This document shows positions 39,407-49,134 of a DNA stretch of 64,000 nt, one piece after another. Origin of the DNA: Dehalococcoidia bacterium (lineage in GTDB: Bacteria > Chloroflexota > Dehalococcoidia > UBA2979); the NCBI GenBank assembly GCA_963667465.2, contig CAXXDN010000001.1, positions 224,001-288,000 of the forward strand. The letters are read 5' to 3'. Both the position numbers and the translations under genes were made by a program. The notes under the pieces were generated by a model. That model searched no databases and had not been told where the DNA came from. It was given only the letters and a program-made list of their open reading frames with translations. Positions within the stretch are counted from its first letter, which is position 1, and each line of letters starts with the position of its first letter.

Positions 39407-42265
39407 ATGTCCCGGGTAGTCGAACGTCTGCGGGCCTGCAATCGGCAATGTGGCCCTCCCGCCGCGTTGCGCGTGCTCGGATCGCTCGCTGTCGCGGGCA
39501 TTCTCCTGGCGGCGACCGCGGGTACGGCGCAAGCCGCCGACTCGGTGCGCGTGGGGGTGTTGGTCTGGCAGCACGCCGGGAACGCAAGCGACATCCGCGT
39601 CGGCGCCGGCCCCGCAGACGGCTCGTGGCCCGCGCCGGAGTTGATCTCGCTGCCGCTCGACGCCGGGGTGAGCTCGAGCGGGCGCTACCGGTACGGGGAC
39701 ATCGCCATCGAGGTGCAGTGGCGCATCGGGGCGACGCCCGTGACCGTCGAAGTCCGCGTCTGGCAGCACGTCGAGGACGAGGGCAACCTCCATATCAGCG
39801 CGCGCGGCTCGCTGGGCTCGTGGCGCACGCTGGGCACTGTCCCGCTCGCGCTCGCTGGCGCTACCGGTTCTTCCGTCTACCGCACGGGTGGCGTCACGAT
39901 CGAGGCTCCGCTGCCGAAGGGCGAGACGGGAGCGCCGCGCCGCTACCGCCTCGACCCGGCGGGGAACGCAGCCGAGCCGGGGAGCTACGCCTTCCTGACA
40001 GCCCCGCTCGCCACGGAGATCACGACCTACGAGGGGCTGCGTGAAGACGCCGCCAGCTTGGTCATCGAAGTCGACGAGCACGGGGAGGCGACCTACACGT
40101 TCTACACGGCGCCCCGCGCCTCCGTGATCACCACGTTCGAGGGGCTGCGCCGCGACGCCGCCACGCTGCGCCTCAACGCCACGGCCGCGGACGGGGCCTC
40201 CTCGGAAGGCCTCTTCGGCGCAGTGGAGGCGGGTCACCTGATCGAGTGGTTCCACGCCCGCGACTGCTTCGTGCGCTACCGCGTCACCTCGGTCGCCGAG
40301 GCCGAGGCGGACGCGCCGTACCGGGAGTTCGGTGTGCGCCCGGAGACGTATGTGTTCCAGGGCTGCCAGTCGGGATCGCTGCCTGCGGACGGGACCACTG
40401 CGGCGTTCAGTGCAGCCAGGGAGCTGCCGCTGGAGCACCTCGGCGGGACGCGGCTGTCTTCATCCCATGCGGTAGTGCACGGCGTCTGGGAACTCTACTC
40501 GAGCGGAAGCGTCGCGCACGAGGCGGACGTGCTGATCCCGGAGGGTTCGCCGGCGCATATTCCGCCCGAGTTCGCGAACACCGGCACCATCACGAGCGTC
40601 ACGGATGCGCGGAAGTTCCCGTACTGGCGCGAGCCAACCCTTCCTTCCGGCTGGCGGTTCCACAGGCTCTATGTCGGTGGCGGCGGCGACCTCCCACCCG
40701 GCTACGAGGCGCACTTTGCCAACGCCGCTGGGCACATGGCCCTGGAGATCAGGGGGGAGCATGTCGTTGGCTGGCCCCTCCCCTGGGGGGCCACATGGCT
40801 TACGAACGTCGGCAAGCGCATCGTGCGGGAGCTTCGCACAGTCGCGAACCGCCCCTCGGTTGTGATGTATAGCCCTGACGGGCCGCAGCAGGCCAAATTG
40901 TTCTGGGCCCGTGTCGACATCTACGACGCGGCCACGGAAACCGTCTACATCGTGATCGGGTCCGCGCGCATGGGCGGAGGGCCAGCCGGGGTTGAGCGCG
41001 TACTCACCATCGCGCGTTCGCTGTTTGAGAGGCCCGCGCCTACCGTGACCCCGACGACCTACGCGCTGACGCTCTCGACCGGGACAGGTGGAAGCCTGAG
41101 TGCGGACCCCGCGGGGGAGAGCCACGCTGCCGGTGCAGTCGTCACGGTCACGGCGACCGCCGCTGATGGGTACAAGTTCTCCTCGTGGGGCGATGACTGC
41201 GCTGGCACGCCCACTACCTCGACGACTTGCTCACTCACGATGGACGCGGACCGCAAAGCGAGCGCTTCGTTCGCCACGCACACCGGACCCACCACGCTCC
41301 GCTACTCGACCTACGACACGACCGGCGCTGTGACGGCGGCGGGCAGCTACGCCTTCCTCGCGAACGGGGGCGGCGCGCAGGCAGGCGCAGAGCGCGCGTC
41401 GGCTGGCGCAACCGCGACGGTGCTGACGACCTACGAGGGCTGGCGCGAGGAGGCAGACACGCTGCGCATCCACGTCACCGACGGCTCGGGCGTCTCACGC
41501 GCGAGCTTCTACGGCACGGTCGAGGTCGGCGACACGTTCGAGTGGCGGGAGGCGAGCGATTGCTGGGTGCGCTACCTCGTAACCGCTGTCAAGCCGGGAA
41601 CCTCGCCGCGTGAGTTCGCGATCTGGCCCTACTCGTACACGTACACCGGCTGTAGCGGGACCGTCGGCGGCGGCTCTCAGGGCGACTCGGCTCGGGACGG
41701 CGCGCAGTCATCCTCCACGCGGGCGGTGCGCGACTTCACATGGAAGCCCGAGAAGCTAAAGACGGGTACCTTCACCTCGCCGACGTGGCACGGCCCGTGG
41801 CTACTCATCCCCGCCAACTGGACCGGGCCAATTCCTCAAACGGTACTCTTCACGCCTCCTGCGATTACTTGGCCGCCCGATCCCATCCCCGGCCCGGACC
41901 TCGGCACTGGCTGGAGCGGCGGCATTACGCCCGGCTATCCGCCAAGTGAACTCGAAGGCTGGTACTCGCATACCGATGGGGGGCGGCTGATCATCTACAT
42001 CTTCCAGTTCGGCCGCTGGCCGTTCGATGTCTACCGCCTTGCCGCCAGCCCGAGCGCCGCAGGGGTGATTCACGAATTTGGGCTCATCGACGGGCGCTAC
42101 GCTGTCGTGTCGTACGACCGCGTCAAGACCGGCATCTCGGAGGCCCAGGTTGCTATCTACGACGATGCGACAGGCCTCATGTACAGCGCCATCGGCGGTC
42201 CCCTCTCGCGGAACAACGACCCTGAGCCGACAATCAATCTGCTCCAGAAGTTCATCCTGCCGTGA
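39407..42265 (+). CDS. Large secreted modular protein with internal duplications and a divergent InlB B-repeat-like domain
   Basis: Signal peptide ending AQA-AD; repeated GSYAFL..TTYEG..EW..DC(F/W)VRY..REF modules; YALTLSTGTGGS..GYKFSSWGDDC..MDADRKASASF. Confidence 0.8.
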   Translation: MSRVVERLRACNRQCGPPAALRVLGSLAVAGILLAATAGTAQAADSVRVGVLVWQHAGNASDIRVGAGPADGSWPAPELISLPLDAGVSSSGRYRYGDIAIEVQWRIGATPVTVEVRVWQHVEDEGNLHISARGSLGSWRTLGTVPLALAGATGSSVYRTGGVTIEAPLPKGETGAPRRYRLDPAGNAAEPGSYAFLTAPLATEITTYEGLREDAASLVIEVDEHGEATYTFYTAPRASVITTFEGLRRDAATLRLNATAADGASSEGLFGAVEAGHLIEWFHARDCFVRYRVTSVAEAEADAPYREFGVRPETYVFQGCQSGSLPADGTTAAFSAARELPLEHLGGTRLSSSHAVVHGVWELYSSGSVAHEADVLIPEGSPAHIPPEFANTGTITSVTDARKFPYWREPTLPSGWRFHRLYVGGGGDLPPGYEAHFANAAGHMALEIRGEHVVGWPLPWGATWLTNVGKRIVRELRTVANRPSVVMYSPDGPQQAKLFWARVDIYDAATETVYIVIGSARMGGGPAGVERVLTIARSLFERPAPTVTPTTYALTLSTGTGGSLSADPAGESHAAGAVVTVTATAADGYKFSSWGDDCAGTPTTSTTCSLTMDADRKASASFATHTGPTTLRYSTYDTTGAVTAAGSYAFLANGGGAQAGAERASAGATATVLTTYEGWREEADTLRIHVTDGSGVSRASFYGTVEVGDTFEWREASDCWVRYLVTAVKPGTSPREFAIWPYSYTYTGCSGTVGGGSQGDSARDGAQSSSTRAVRDFTWKPEKLKTGTFTSPTWHGPWLLIPANWTGPIPQTVLFTPPAITWPPDPIPGPDLGTGWSGGITPGYPPSELEGWYSHTDGGRLIIYIFQFGRWPFDVYRLAASPSAAGVIHEFGLIDGRYAVVSYDRVKTGISEAQVAIYDDATGLMYSAIGGPLSRNNDPEPTINLLQKFILP

Positions 42266-42579
42266 GTCGGCTACCTGTCGTGCGACCCATCGCCGCCGCG
42301 GACCTCTACCGCGCGAGTTTCGATCCAGACAGGCCGGCGAGGCTTGCAGACCCGCGGACATTCGTGGATCGAGCGGTGCTGGCGCGCGCTCTCCGATAGC
42401 GGCCTGAGAGCGGGCCAGGTCGAGCCGCTAGCGAGTTGAGCGCGAGCGCCTTGCGAGGGCCGCGGCGCCGAGGCTGACCGTTTCGCCCGCGCGGCGTCCG
42501 CTGGCCGGCGGTTCGGTAACACGGTTCTGATGCACACGCCGGGATCTCGCTCACAGGTCCAACACTGCAATCCGCTCGA

Positions 42580-42609
42580 TTGCCGCTCCGGCGAACCGAG
42601 CCATATACT
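42580..42609 (+). promoter_or_regulatory. Putative rpmH promoter
   Basis: TTGCCG, 18-bp spacer, TATACT. Confidence 0.5.
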
Positions 42610-42710
42610 CCCCGGACACTCACTTCGGCGGCCACCAACTTGCCGCACCGCACGATCGACCGTGCGATCGACCTCGCGACCAACCGCCGCGACACCGGAC
42701 GGAGTTTCAC

Positions 42711-42848
42711 GTGCCGAAGCGAACCTGGCAGCCCAAGCGAATCCCGAGGAAGCGTAAACACGGCTTCCGCGCGCGAATGGCGACCCGGGGCGGTCGCCAG
42801 GTGCTCAAGCGCCGCCGCGCCCGCGGCCGCGCCCGTCTCGCGGTTTAG
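42711..42848 (+). CDS. rpmH: 50S ribosomal protein L34
   Basis: Translated by hand: [45 protein letters not shown]. Below the ORF-track cutoff. Confidence 0.97.
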   Translation: MPKRTWQPKRIPRKRKHGFRARMATRGGRQVLKRRRARGRARLAV

Positions 42849-42859
42849 CGCGAGGCCCC

Positions 42860-43285
42860 GTGGGCCGGTCCCGACTCCAGGACGCACCGGATGCACCGGC
42901 CGCAGCGCAGGGCGCCATTCCTTGCGAGCGCCTGCGCCAGCGGCGCGACTTCGAGGCGCTCGCCCGTGGCAGGGCGGCCGCGCCGCCGGTGCGCCACCGA
43001 CTGCTGACGCTGCGCTCACGACCGAACGGCCTCGAGCAGTGCCGCGTCGGCTTCGCCGTGGGGCGGCCGGTGGGCGGCGCGGTGGTGCGCAATCGCGTGA
43101 AGCGGCGGCTACGCGAGATCGTGCGCACGCTGCCGCTCGCGCGCGGCCACGACATCGTGGTCGCCGCCCGGCCGGCGAGCCGCACGGCGAGCTTCGAGGA
43201 GCTGCATTACGCCCTCGCAAGCTGCGCGAGGCGCGCCGGCCTGGCCGGGCGCGCATCCGGCGAAAGGACGCCAGGCCGGTGCTGA
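42860..43285 (+). CDS. rnpA: Ribonuclease P protein component
   Basis: [25 protein letters not shown] (RNR motif). Confidence 0.92.
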   Translation: MGRSRLQDAPDAPAAAQGAIPCERLRQRRDFEALARGRAAAPPVRHRLLTLRSRPNGLEQCRVGFAVGRPVGGAVVRNRVKRRLREIVRTLPLARGHDIVVAARPASRTASFEELHYALASCARRAGLAGRASGERTPGRC

Positions 43286-43593
43286 AGAGGCCGGTGCTGA
43301 AGCCGACACGCCCGCTGCTGCTGCTGATTCGCGGCTACCAGCGGGCGATCTCGCCGCTGCTGCCGCCCGCCTGCCGCTACGCGCCGACCTGCTCGCAATA
43401 CGCCCTCGAGGCGATCGAGGCGCACGGCGCGCTGCGCGGCGTCTGGCTGGCGCTGAGGCGGCTGAGCCGCTGCCATCCGGGCCGCACGGGCGGCTACGAC
43501 CCGGTGCCGGGCGTAGGCGGACGCCACGACGGCGGAAGCGCGGAGCCGCCGGGTGACGCAACTGCAAGCGAGCATATACACAACTATGCATAA
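43279..43593 (+). CDS. yidD: Membrane protein insertion efficiency factor YidD
   Basis: [37 protein letters not shown]. Confidence 0.93.
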   Translation: MLKRPVLKPTRPLLLLIRGYQRAISPLLPPACRYAPTCSQYALEAIEAHGALRGVWLALRRLSRCHPGRTGGYDPVPGVGGRHDGGSAEPPGDATASEHIHNYA

Positions 43594-43662
43594 CTACGTT
43601 ATCGGAGGAGCTTTACACATTTTGGCGGCGCCTTCATCGGCTTCCCGCGTGTCTGGCGTCGA

Positions 43663-43678
43663 TGTTTCACGTGAAACA
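43663..43678. promoter_or_regulatory. parS: parS centromere site
   Basis: Perfect consensus TGTTTCACGTGAAACA, about 5 kb from parAB. Confidence 0.93.
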
Positions 43679-43693
43679 TCGACGCCGCCCTCA

Positions 43694-44833
43694 GTGCGCT
43701 CGCCCGCCCGCCGAGGGCGTTCCGCCTCGCTCGCCGTCGTCCTGCTACTGCTTCTGTCCGTGCCGCTGCTGATCGGCTGCACGACCGACGTGAACAGCCC
43801 GGACGGCTGGGCCGGCCCCGTCCGGGCCCGCGATTTCACCATCCTCCAGGAGAAGCCCGGAGAACTCGTCGCCGTCCGGCTCGGCGGCACGGACAACCCC
43901 GGCACGGCCAACATCGACGAGCGCGTCGCCTGGCGCTTCCCCGCCGACGGCGACGATGTCGACCTCGACGCCGTGTACGCGAACCCGATCCTCGACGGCA
44001 ATACGCTCTACGTCGCCGGCCATTCCGGCGAAATCGTCGCCCTCGACCTCTCGTTCGAGCCGCCGCGGATCATCTGGGTGCGCGATCTCGACGAAACCGT
44101 CGTCGCCACGCCCGCCTTCGACGGCCAGACGCTCTACATCGGCACCGAGGCGGGCACGATCATCCCGATCACCGTCGCCAGCGGCGCCGTCGGGGCGCCG
44201 CTGGCGCAAGCAGGCGAGCGGATCTGGTCCGAGGTGCTCATCGAGGGCGGCGCGCTCTACGTCGCGGCCCTCGACGATCGCGTGCGCTCGATCACCGTTG
44301 CCGACGGCCGCGAACGCTGGACGATGACCCTCAGCGGCGCCGTGCCCGGCAATACCGCCCTCGCCGGCGGATTGCTCGTCGTCGGCTCGTTCGACCGCAC
44401 GCTGCACGCCTTCGAGGCGGACAGCGGCGTCGAAGAGTGGGCGTTCGCCGGCGACGGCTGGTTCTGGGCACGCCCCGTGATCGCCGGCGATACCATCTAC
44501 GCCACCTCGACACGGGGCAGCGTCTATGCCCTCAACGCCTCAGGCGGCGACGGCAACCGCGTGCGCTGGCATTTCAACGTGCTCGACAGCGAGATCCGCG
44601 CCGCGCCCGTTCTCACCGGGGGTGTCCTGGTCGTGGCCGCCGAGGAAGCGACCATCTGGGGCATCGACCCCGCCACGGGTGACCTGCGTTGGAGCTCACC
44701 ACTGCCCGGCCACCGCTTCCTCGCCGACCCGCTCGTGCTCCAATCCAGCCTGATTTATGCAACCACACGAGGCGATCTCATCGAGATCGATCCGCAGTCT
44801 GGCCGCGCCGCCATCCTCTACGAGCGCCGATGA
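43694..44833 (+). CDS. PQQ-like beta-propeller lipoprotein (BamB-like fold)
   Basis: Lipobox LIGC after a hydrophobic stretch; repeated xP.....lYv..G.l.AlD..G...W blades. Start uncertain (43649 or 43694). Confidence 0.85.
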   Translation: MRSPARRGRSASLAVVLLLLLSVPLLIGCTTDVNSPDGWAGPVRARDFTILQEKPGELVAVRLGGTDNPGTANIDERVAWRFPADGDDVDLDAVYANPILDGNTLYVAGHSGEIVALDLSFEPPRIIWVRDLDETVVATPAFDGQTLYIGTEAGTIIPITVASGAVGAPLAQAGERIWSEVLIEGGALYVAALDDRVRSITVADGRERWTMTLSGAVPGNTALAGGLLVVGSFDRTLHAFEADSGVEEWAFAGDGWFWARPVIAGDTIYATSTRGSVYALNASGGDGNRVRWHFNVLDSEIRAAPVLTGGVLVVAAEEATIWGIDPATGDLRWSSPLPGHRFLADPLVLQSSLIYATTRGDLIEIDPQSGRAAILYERR

Positions 44834-44867
44834 GCACGCTGATGAGCCGGGAAGCGGCGGAGCGACG

Positions 44868-46079
44868 ATGACCGATACCTGGCAGCTGCTGATGGAGACG
44901 CCGCTCGTCAATTTCATGGTGCTGCTCAGCATCATCTCGTTCGGCTCGTACGGCGCCGCAATCCTCGTCTTTACCGTCATCACGCGCGTCGTCACCTTCC
45001 CGCTGACCATGCGCACCCTGCGCGCGACCCGCGGACTGCAGGAGCTGCAGCCCGATATGCAGGCGATCCAGAAGCGCTACTCCGACCCGAAGCGCCGCTC
45101 CGAGGAGCAGATGAAGCTCTACCGGCGCAAGACGCTGAGTTGCGAGGCCGGCGGCATCGCCGCGGCGGTCCGCAGACACCCGGTCGAGTGCGACTGGAAG
45201 GGCCAGAATTCCGACAAGGGCGAACTCTTCGAACAGTACGCGGCCCACCTCGAGCGCGTGCACAGCGTGCGCGTCGCCGATGCGTCGGCGCGGCAACTCA
45301 AGCGCGCACGGAAGGCGATGAGCGGCGGCATCAACCCGATCGGCTGCCTCGGTCCGCAGCTCGTGCAGCTGCCGATCTTCTTCGCGCTCTTCTCGGTGAT
45401 CCGGCTCACGCTCTCGCAGTCGCCCGAGGACATCATCGAGCTTTCGGACCGGCTCTACGACTACGGGCCGCTGCAGAACGCGATCCCGCTCGGGACCAGC
45501 TTCCTGGGCATGAACCTCTCCGCGAACGGCAGTTTCATCCTGGTCATCGTCATCTTTTGCTCGATGTGGCTGACACAGCGCATCTCCTCGTCGCGCACGG
45601 CGGCGCAGTCAGGAACCCAGCAGGCGCAGACGCAGCAGATGATGCAGTGGATGCTGCCGCTGATGTTTGGCTGGTTCGCGATGTTCGTGCCGGCCGGCCT
45701 CGGGCTTTATTGGGCGGCGAGCACGCTGATCGGCCTTGTGCTGCAATGGGTTTTCGTCGGGCCCGGCGACTTCACCTGGGGCTCCTTGATCCCCGGCTTC
45801 GTGCGCGCCCGGATCGGGCTGCCCGTGGAGATCGAGACCCGCACCGAACGCGAACGACGGCTCGAGCGGGAACGCGCTCGCGCCGACTCCGGCGACCCGG
45901 AGGACGATACGGATGGCAGTGAGCCGCCGGGCGCAGACGGCGCCGGCGGAGACGGGGGAGGTTCTGATGAGCGTCGAGGAGGTAAGCGGAAGGACGGTCG
46001 ACGACGCCGTCGATCGGGCTCTCGCCAAGCTCGGGGTGGCCCGCGAACACGTCGACGTCGAGGTAATCCGCGAGGGTAA
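44868..46079 (+). CDS. yidC: Membrane protein insertase YidC, with an internal insertion
   Basis: YGAAILVFTVITR..FPL, LQPDMQAIQKRY, MKLY, GINPIGCL..QLPIF, PAGLGLYW. Confidence 0.93.
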   Translation: MTDTWQLLMETPLVNFMVLLSIISFGSYGAAILVFTVITRVVTFPLTMRTLRATRGLQELQPDMQAIQKRYSDPKRRSEEQMKLYRRKTLSCEAGGIAAAVRRHPVECDWKGQNSDKGELFEQYAAHLERVHSVRVADASARQLKRARKAMSGGINPIGCLGPQLVQLPIFFALFSVIRLTLSQSPEDIIELSDRLYDYGPLQNAIPLGTSFLGMNLSANGSFILVIVIFCSMWLTQRISSSRTAAQSGTQQAQTQQMMQWMLPLMFGWFAMFVPAGLGLYWAASTLIGLVLQWVFVGPGDFTWGSLIPGFVRARIGLPVEIETRTERERRLERERARADSGDPEDDTDGSEPPGADGAGGDGGGSDERRGGKRKDGRRRRRSGSRQARGGPRTRRRRGNPRG

Positions 46080-47424
46080 GCGCGGTCTCCTCGGCTTCGG
46101 CGGCGAGGACGCCATCGTCCGCGTCACCACCAAGGACGACCGGGCGACGCCCGGCCGTGGGCGGCGCAGGGGCCGCGGGGGGCGCCGCGGCGGACAGCGA
46201 GGCGAGAGCGCGCCTCGCGAGGATCGCGGCGCCAGCCGCGACGACGGCCCGCGCGACGACGGACCGCGCGACGAAGACCGCGGCAACGAACGCAAAGAGG
46301 GCCCACCCCGCGAGGATCGCGGTGACGAACGCGACGAGGGCCCACCCCGCGAGGATCGCGGTGACGAACGCGACGAGGGCCCACCCCGCGAGGATCGCGG
46401 GGGCGGGCGGCGCGGCCGCCGCGGCGGACGCGGTGGCCGGGGACGCCGGCGCGGCGGAGAGCGCGGCCGCGAGCGCAGCGGCGCCGGGAACCGCGACCGT
46501 GACAGCGATCACGAGCGCATCCCCTTCGAGGGTGAACTACCGCTCGTGCCCGGCGCACCCGACGACCTGCCGACAGCCCCGACCGCCGGCGCCGAGGACG
46601 AGATCGACTTCGCGGGCAGCACCCTGCGCGAAGTGCTCACCCTGCTCGGACTGCTGGACACGCAGATCGAGGCGCGCGACCCGGAGACCCCGGGCGACGG
46701 CGTCGGCCGCACCGCCCAGGTGTTCGAGATCTTCGGTGACACCGAGGATGCCTCCGACGAGCTCGGGCTGCTGATCGGCCGCCGCGGCGAGACACTGGGC
46801 GCGCTCCAGTACCTGCTCAACGTGGTCACCCGCCATCACTACGGCGAGGCCAACCACGTCTTCTCTGTTGACGTCGAGGGCTACAAGCGCCGCCGCGAGC
46901 GCTCGCTTGTCGAGATGGCGCGCCGCGTCGCCGCCGAGGTACGCGACACCGGCGACGTGATCACCCTCGAGCCGATGAAGCCCGCCGAGCGCCGCATCGT
47001 GCACCTCACCCTCAGCCAGGAGCCCGGCGTTACCACGGAGAGTGTCGGCTCCGGCAACGAGCGCCAGGTCGAGGTGCTCCCCACCGACTACGACGACTAC
47101 GAAGCCGGCTACGACGATTATGATGAGGGGGCGGACTACGCCGGCGACGAACCCGTCGCCGAGCAAGCTGAGGACGACGCCGAGCCCGCCGAGGACTTCG
47201 ACGACGAGACCGGCGAGGACCTCGACGACGAGGACGATGCGGACGACGCCGAGCCCGCCGAGGACTTCGACGACGAGACCGGCGGGGACCTCGACGACGA
47301 GGACGATGCGGACGACGAGGGGCCCGCAGAGGACTTCGACGACGAGGACGATGCGGACGACGCCGGACCCGCCGAGGACTTCGACGACGAGGCCAGCGAA
47401 GACGACAAGGCGCCGAACAGGTAG
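45967..47424 (+). CDS. jag: Jag/KhpB (EloR) RNA-binding protein
   Basis: Jag_N (GRTVDDAV..GLLGFGG), KH (LIGRRGETLGALQYL), R3H (PMKPAERRIVH). Confidence 0.93.
   Translation: MSVEEVSGRTVDDAVDRALAKLGVAREHVDVEVIREGKRGLLGFGGEDAIVRVTTKDDRATPGRGRRRGRGGRRGGQRGESAPREDRGASRDDGPRDDGPRDEDRGNERKEGPPREDRGDERDEGPPREDRGDERDEGPPREDRGGGRRGRRGGRGGRGRRRGGERGRERSGAGNRDRDSDHERIPFEGELPLVPGAPDDLPTAPTAGAEDEIDFAGSTLREVLTLLGLLDTQIEARDPETPGDGVGRTAQVFEIFGDTEDASDELGLLIGRRGETLGALQYLLNVVTRHHYGEANHVFSVDVEGYKRRRERSLVEMARRVAAEVRDTGDVITLEPMKPAERRIVHLTLSQEPGVTTESVGSGNERQVEVLPTDYDDYEAGYDDYDEGADYAGDEPVAEQAEDDAEPAEDFDDETGEDLDDEDDADDAEPAEDFDDETGGDLDDEDDADDEGPAEDFDDEDDADDAGPAEDFDDEASEDDKAPNR
46297..46400 (+). repeat. 39-bp coding tandem repeat in jag (EGPPREDRGDERD)
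   Basis: Units start at 46297, 46336 and 46375. Confidence 0.88.
47173..47391 (+). repeat. Acidic coding repeats in the jag C-terminus (PAEDFDDE x4; 69-bp unit)
   Basis: Near-identical units at 47173 and 47242, then shorter copies. Confidence 0.85.
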
Positions 47425-47438
47425 GGAGCACCTCGAAC

Positions 47439-48344
47439 GTGCGGGAGCGGCACCCCAGCCATGGCGCGGCGGACCGCGAGCCCGCGCGTGCGCCGTCCGT
47501 GCTGATCGCGGGCGCGGTCACCTGGGACCACTTCGGCGAGGAGCATCGCCCCGGCGGGGCCGTGCTCTATGCCGCCCGCGCGGCGGCAGCCCTCGGACTG
47601 CGTGCGCGGATCGTCGCCCTCGCCGGCCCCGACGTTGACCTCGACGCACTCGAGGGGCACGCCGTCACCGTCGCCACTTCCCCTCAGACCGTCGCATTCG
47701 TACATATGTTCTCTCACGAGGCTCCCCCTCGGCGCGAGTTGCGCGTCCTCGCCCGGCCGGGGCGTGCGCTGAGCGCGTCCGCCATCCCCACGGCTGCCAG
47801 TGACGACCTCGATCTGCTCGTGCTCGCCCCGCTGCTCCCGGACGACCTCGATCTCGCCTCGTTCGCCGGCGTTCAGGCGCGGCGGCGTGCCCTGCTCGCG
47901 CAGGGCCTGTTACGCGAGGTCGGCGCGGACGGCCTCGTGACCCACGCGAGCGCTCCCCCGACCCGGCTGCGCGACGCGATCGACGCACGGACCAGCGTCT
48001 TCCTCTCCGAGGACGAGATCGCGGGCTGGGAGGCGGGCGCCCTCGCCTCGCTCGCCGCGGCGGCCGAGCGCGTCGTCGTCACGCGCGGCGCGCACGGCGC
48101 CACGATCCTGCGAGGTGAGACACGCATCCAGACCGTGGCGCGGCCGGCCGAGGCTGTCGATTCCACCGGCTGTGGCGACGTGTTTTCGGTCGCGTACATG
48201 CTCGCGCTCACCCTCGGAGCGGACGACGCCCGGGCAGCGGCGATCGGCGCGGAGCTCGCCTCGGCGTCCCTTGGCCGGCGGGGGGCGGCGCCCCTGCCCC
48301 GAATCCGCAGCGACCTCCGCAGCGAAGCGCGCGCCGGGGTGTGA
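47439..48344 (+). CDS. PfkB family carbohydrate kinase
   Basis: PGGAVLYAA, VVTRGAHGA, VDSTGCGDVF. Confidence 0.85.
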   Translation: MRERHPSHGAADREPARAPSVLIAGAVTWDHFGEEHRPGGAVLYAARAAAALGLRARIVALAGPDVDLDALEGHAVTVATSPQTVAFVHMFSHEAPPRRELRVLARPGRALSASAIPTAASDDLDLLVLAPLLPDDLDLASFAGVQARRRALLAQGLLREVGADGLVTHASAPPTRLRDAIDARTSVFLSEDEIAGWEAGALASLAAAAERVVVTRGAHGATILRGETRIQTVARPAEAVDSTGCGDVFSVAYMLALTLGADDARAAAIGAELASASLGRRGAAPLPRIRSDLRSEARAGV

Positions 48345-48345
48345 C

Positions 48346-49123
<778 letters not shown>

Positions 49124-49134
<11 letters not shown>

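Noticed and set aside
42703-42718. Second parS at the rpmH start (GTTTCACGTG)
   Set aside because: Only a half-site; the right arm (CCGAA) breaks the palindrome.
45123-45326. Intein or intron in yidC
   Set aside because: Too short, lacks C/S..HN intein termini, and is in frame with no splice-like structure; better explained as a domain insertion.
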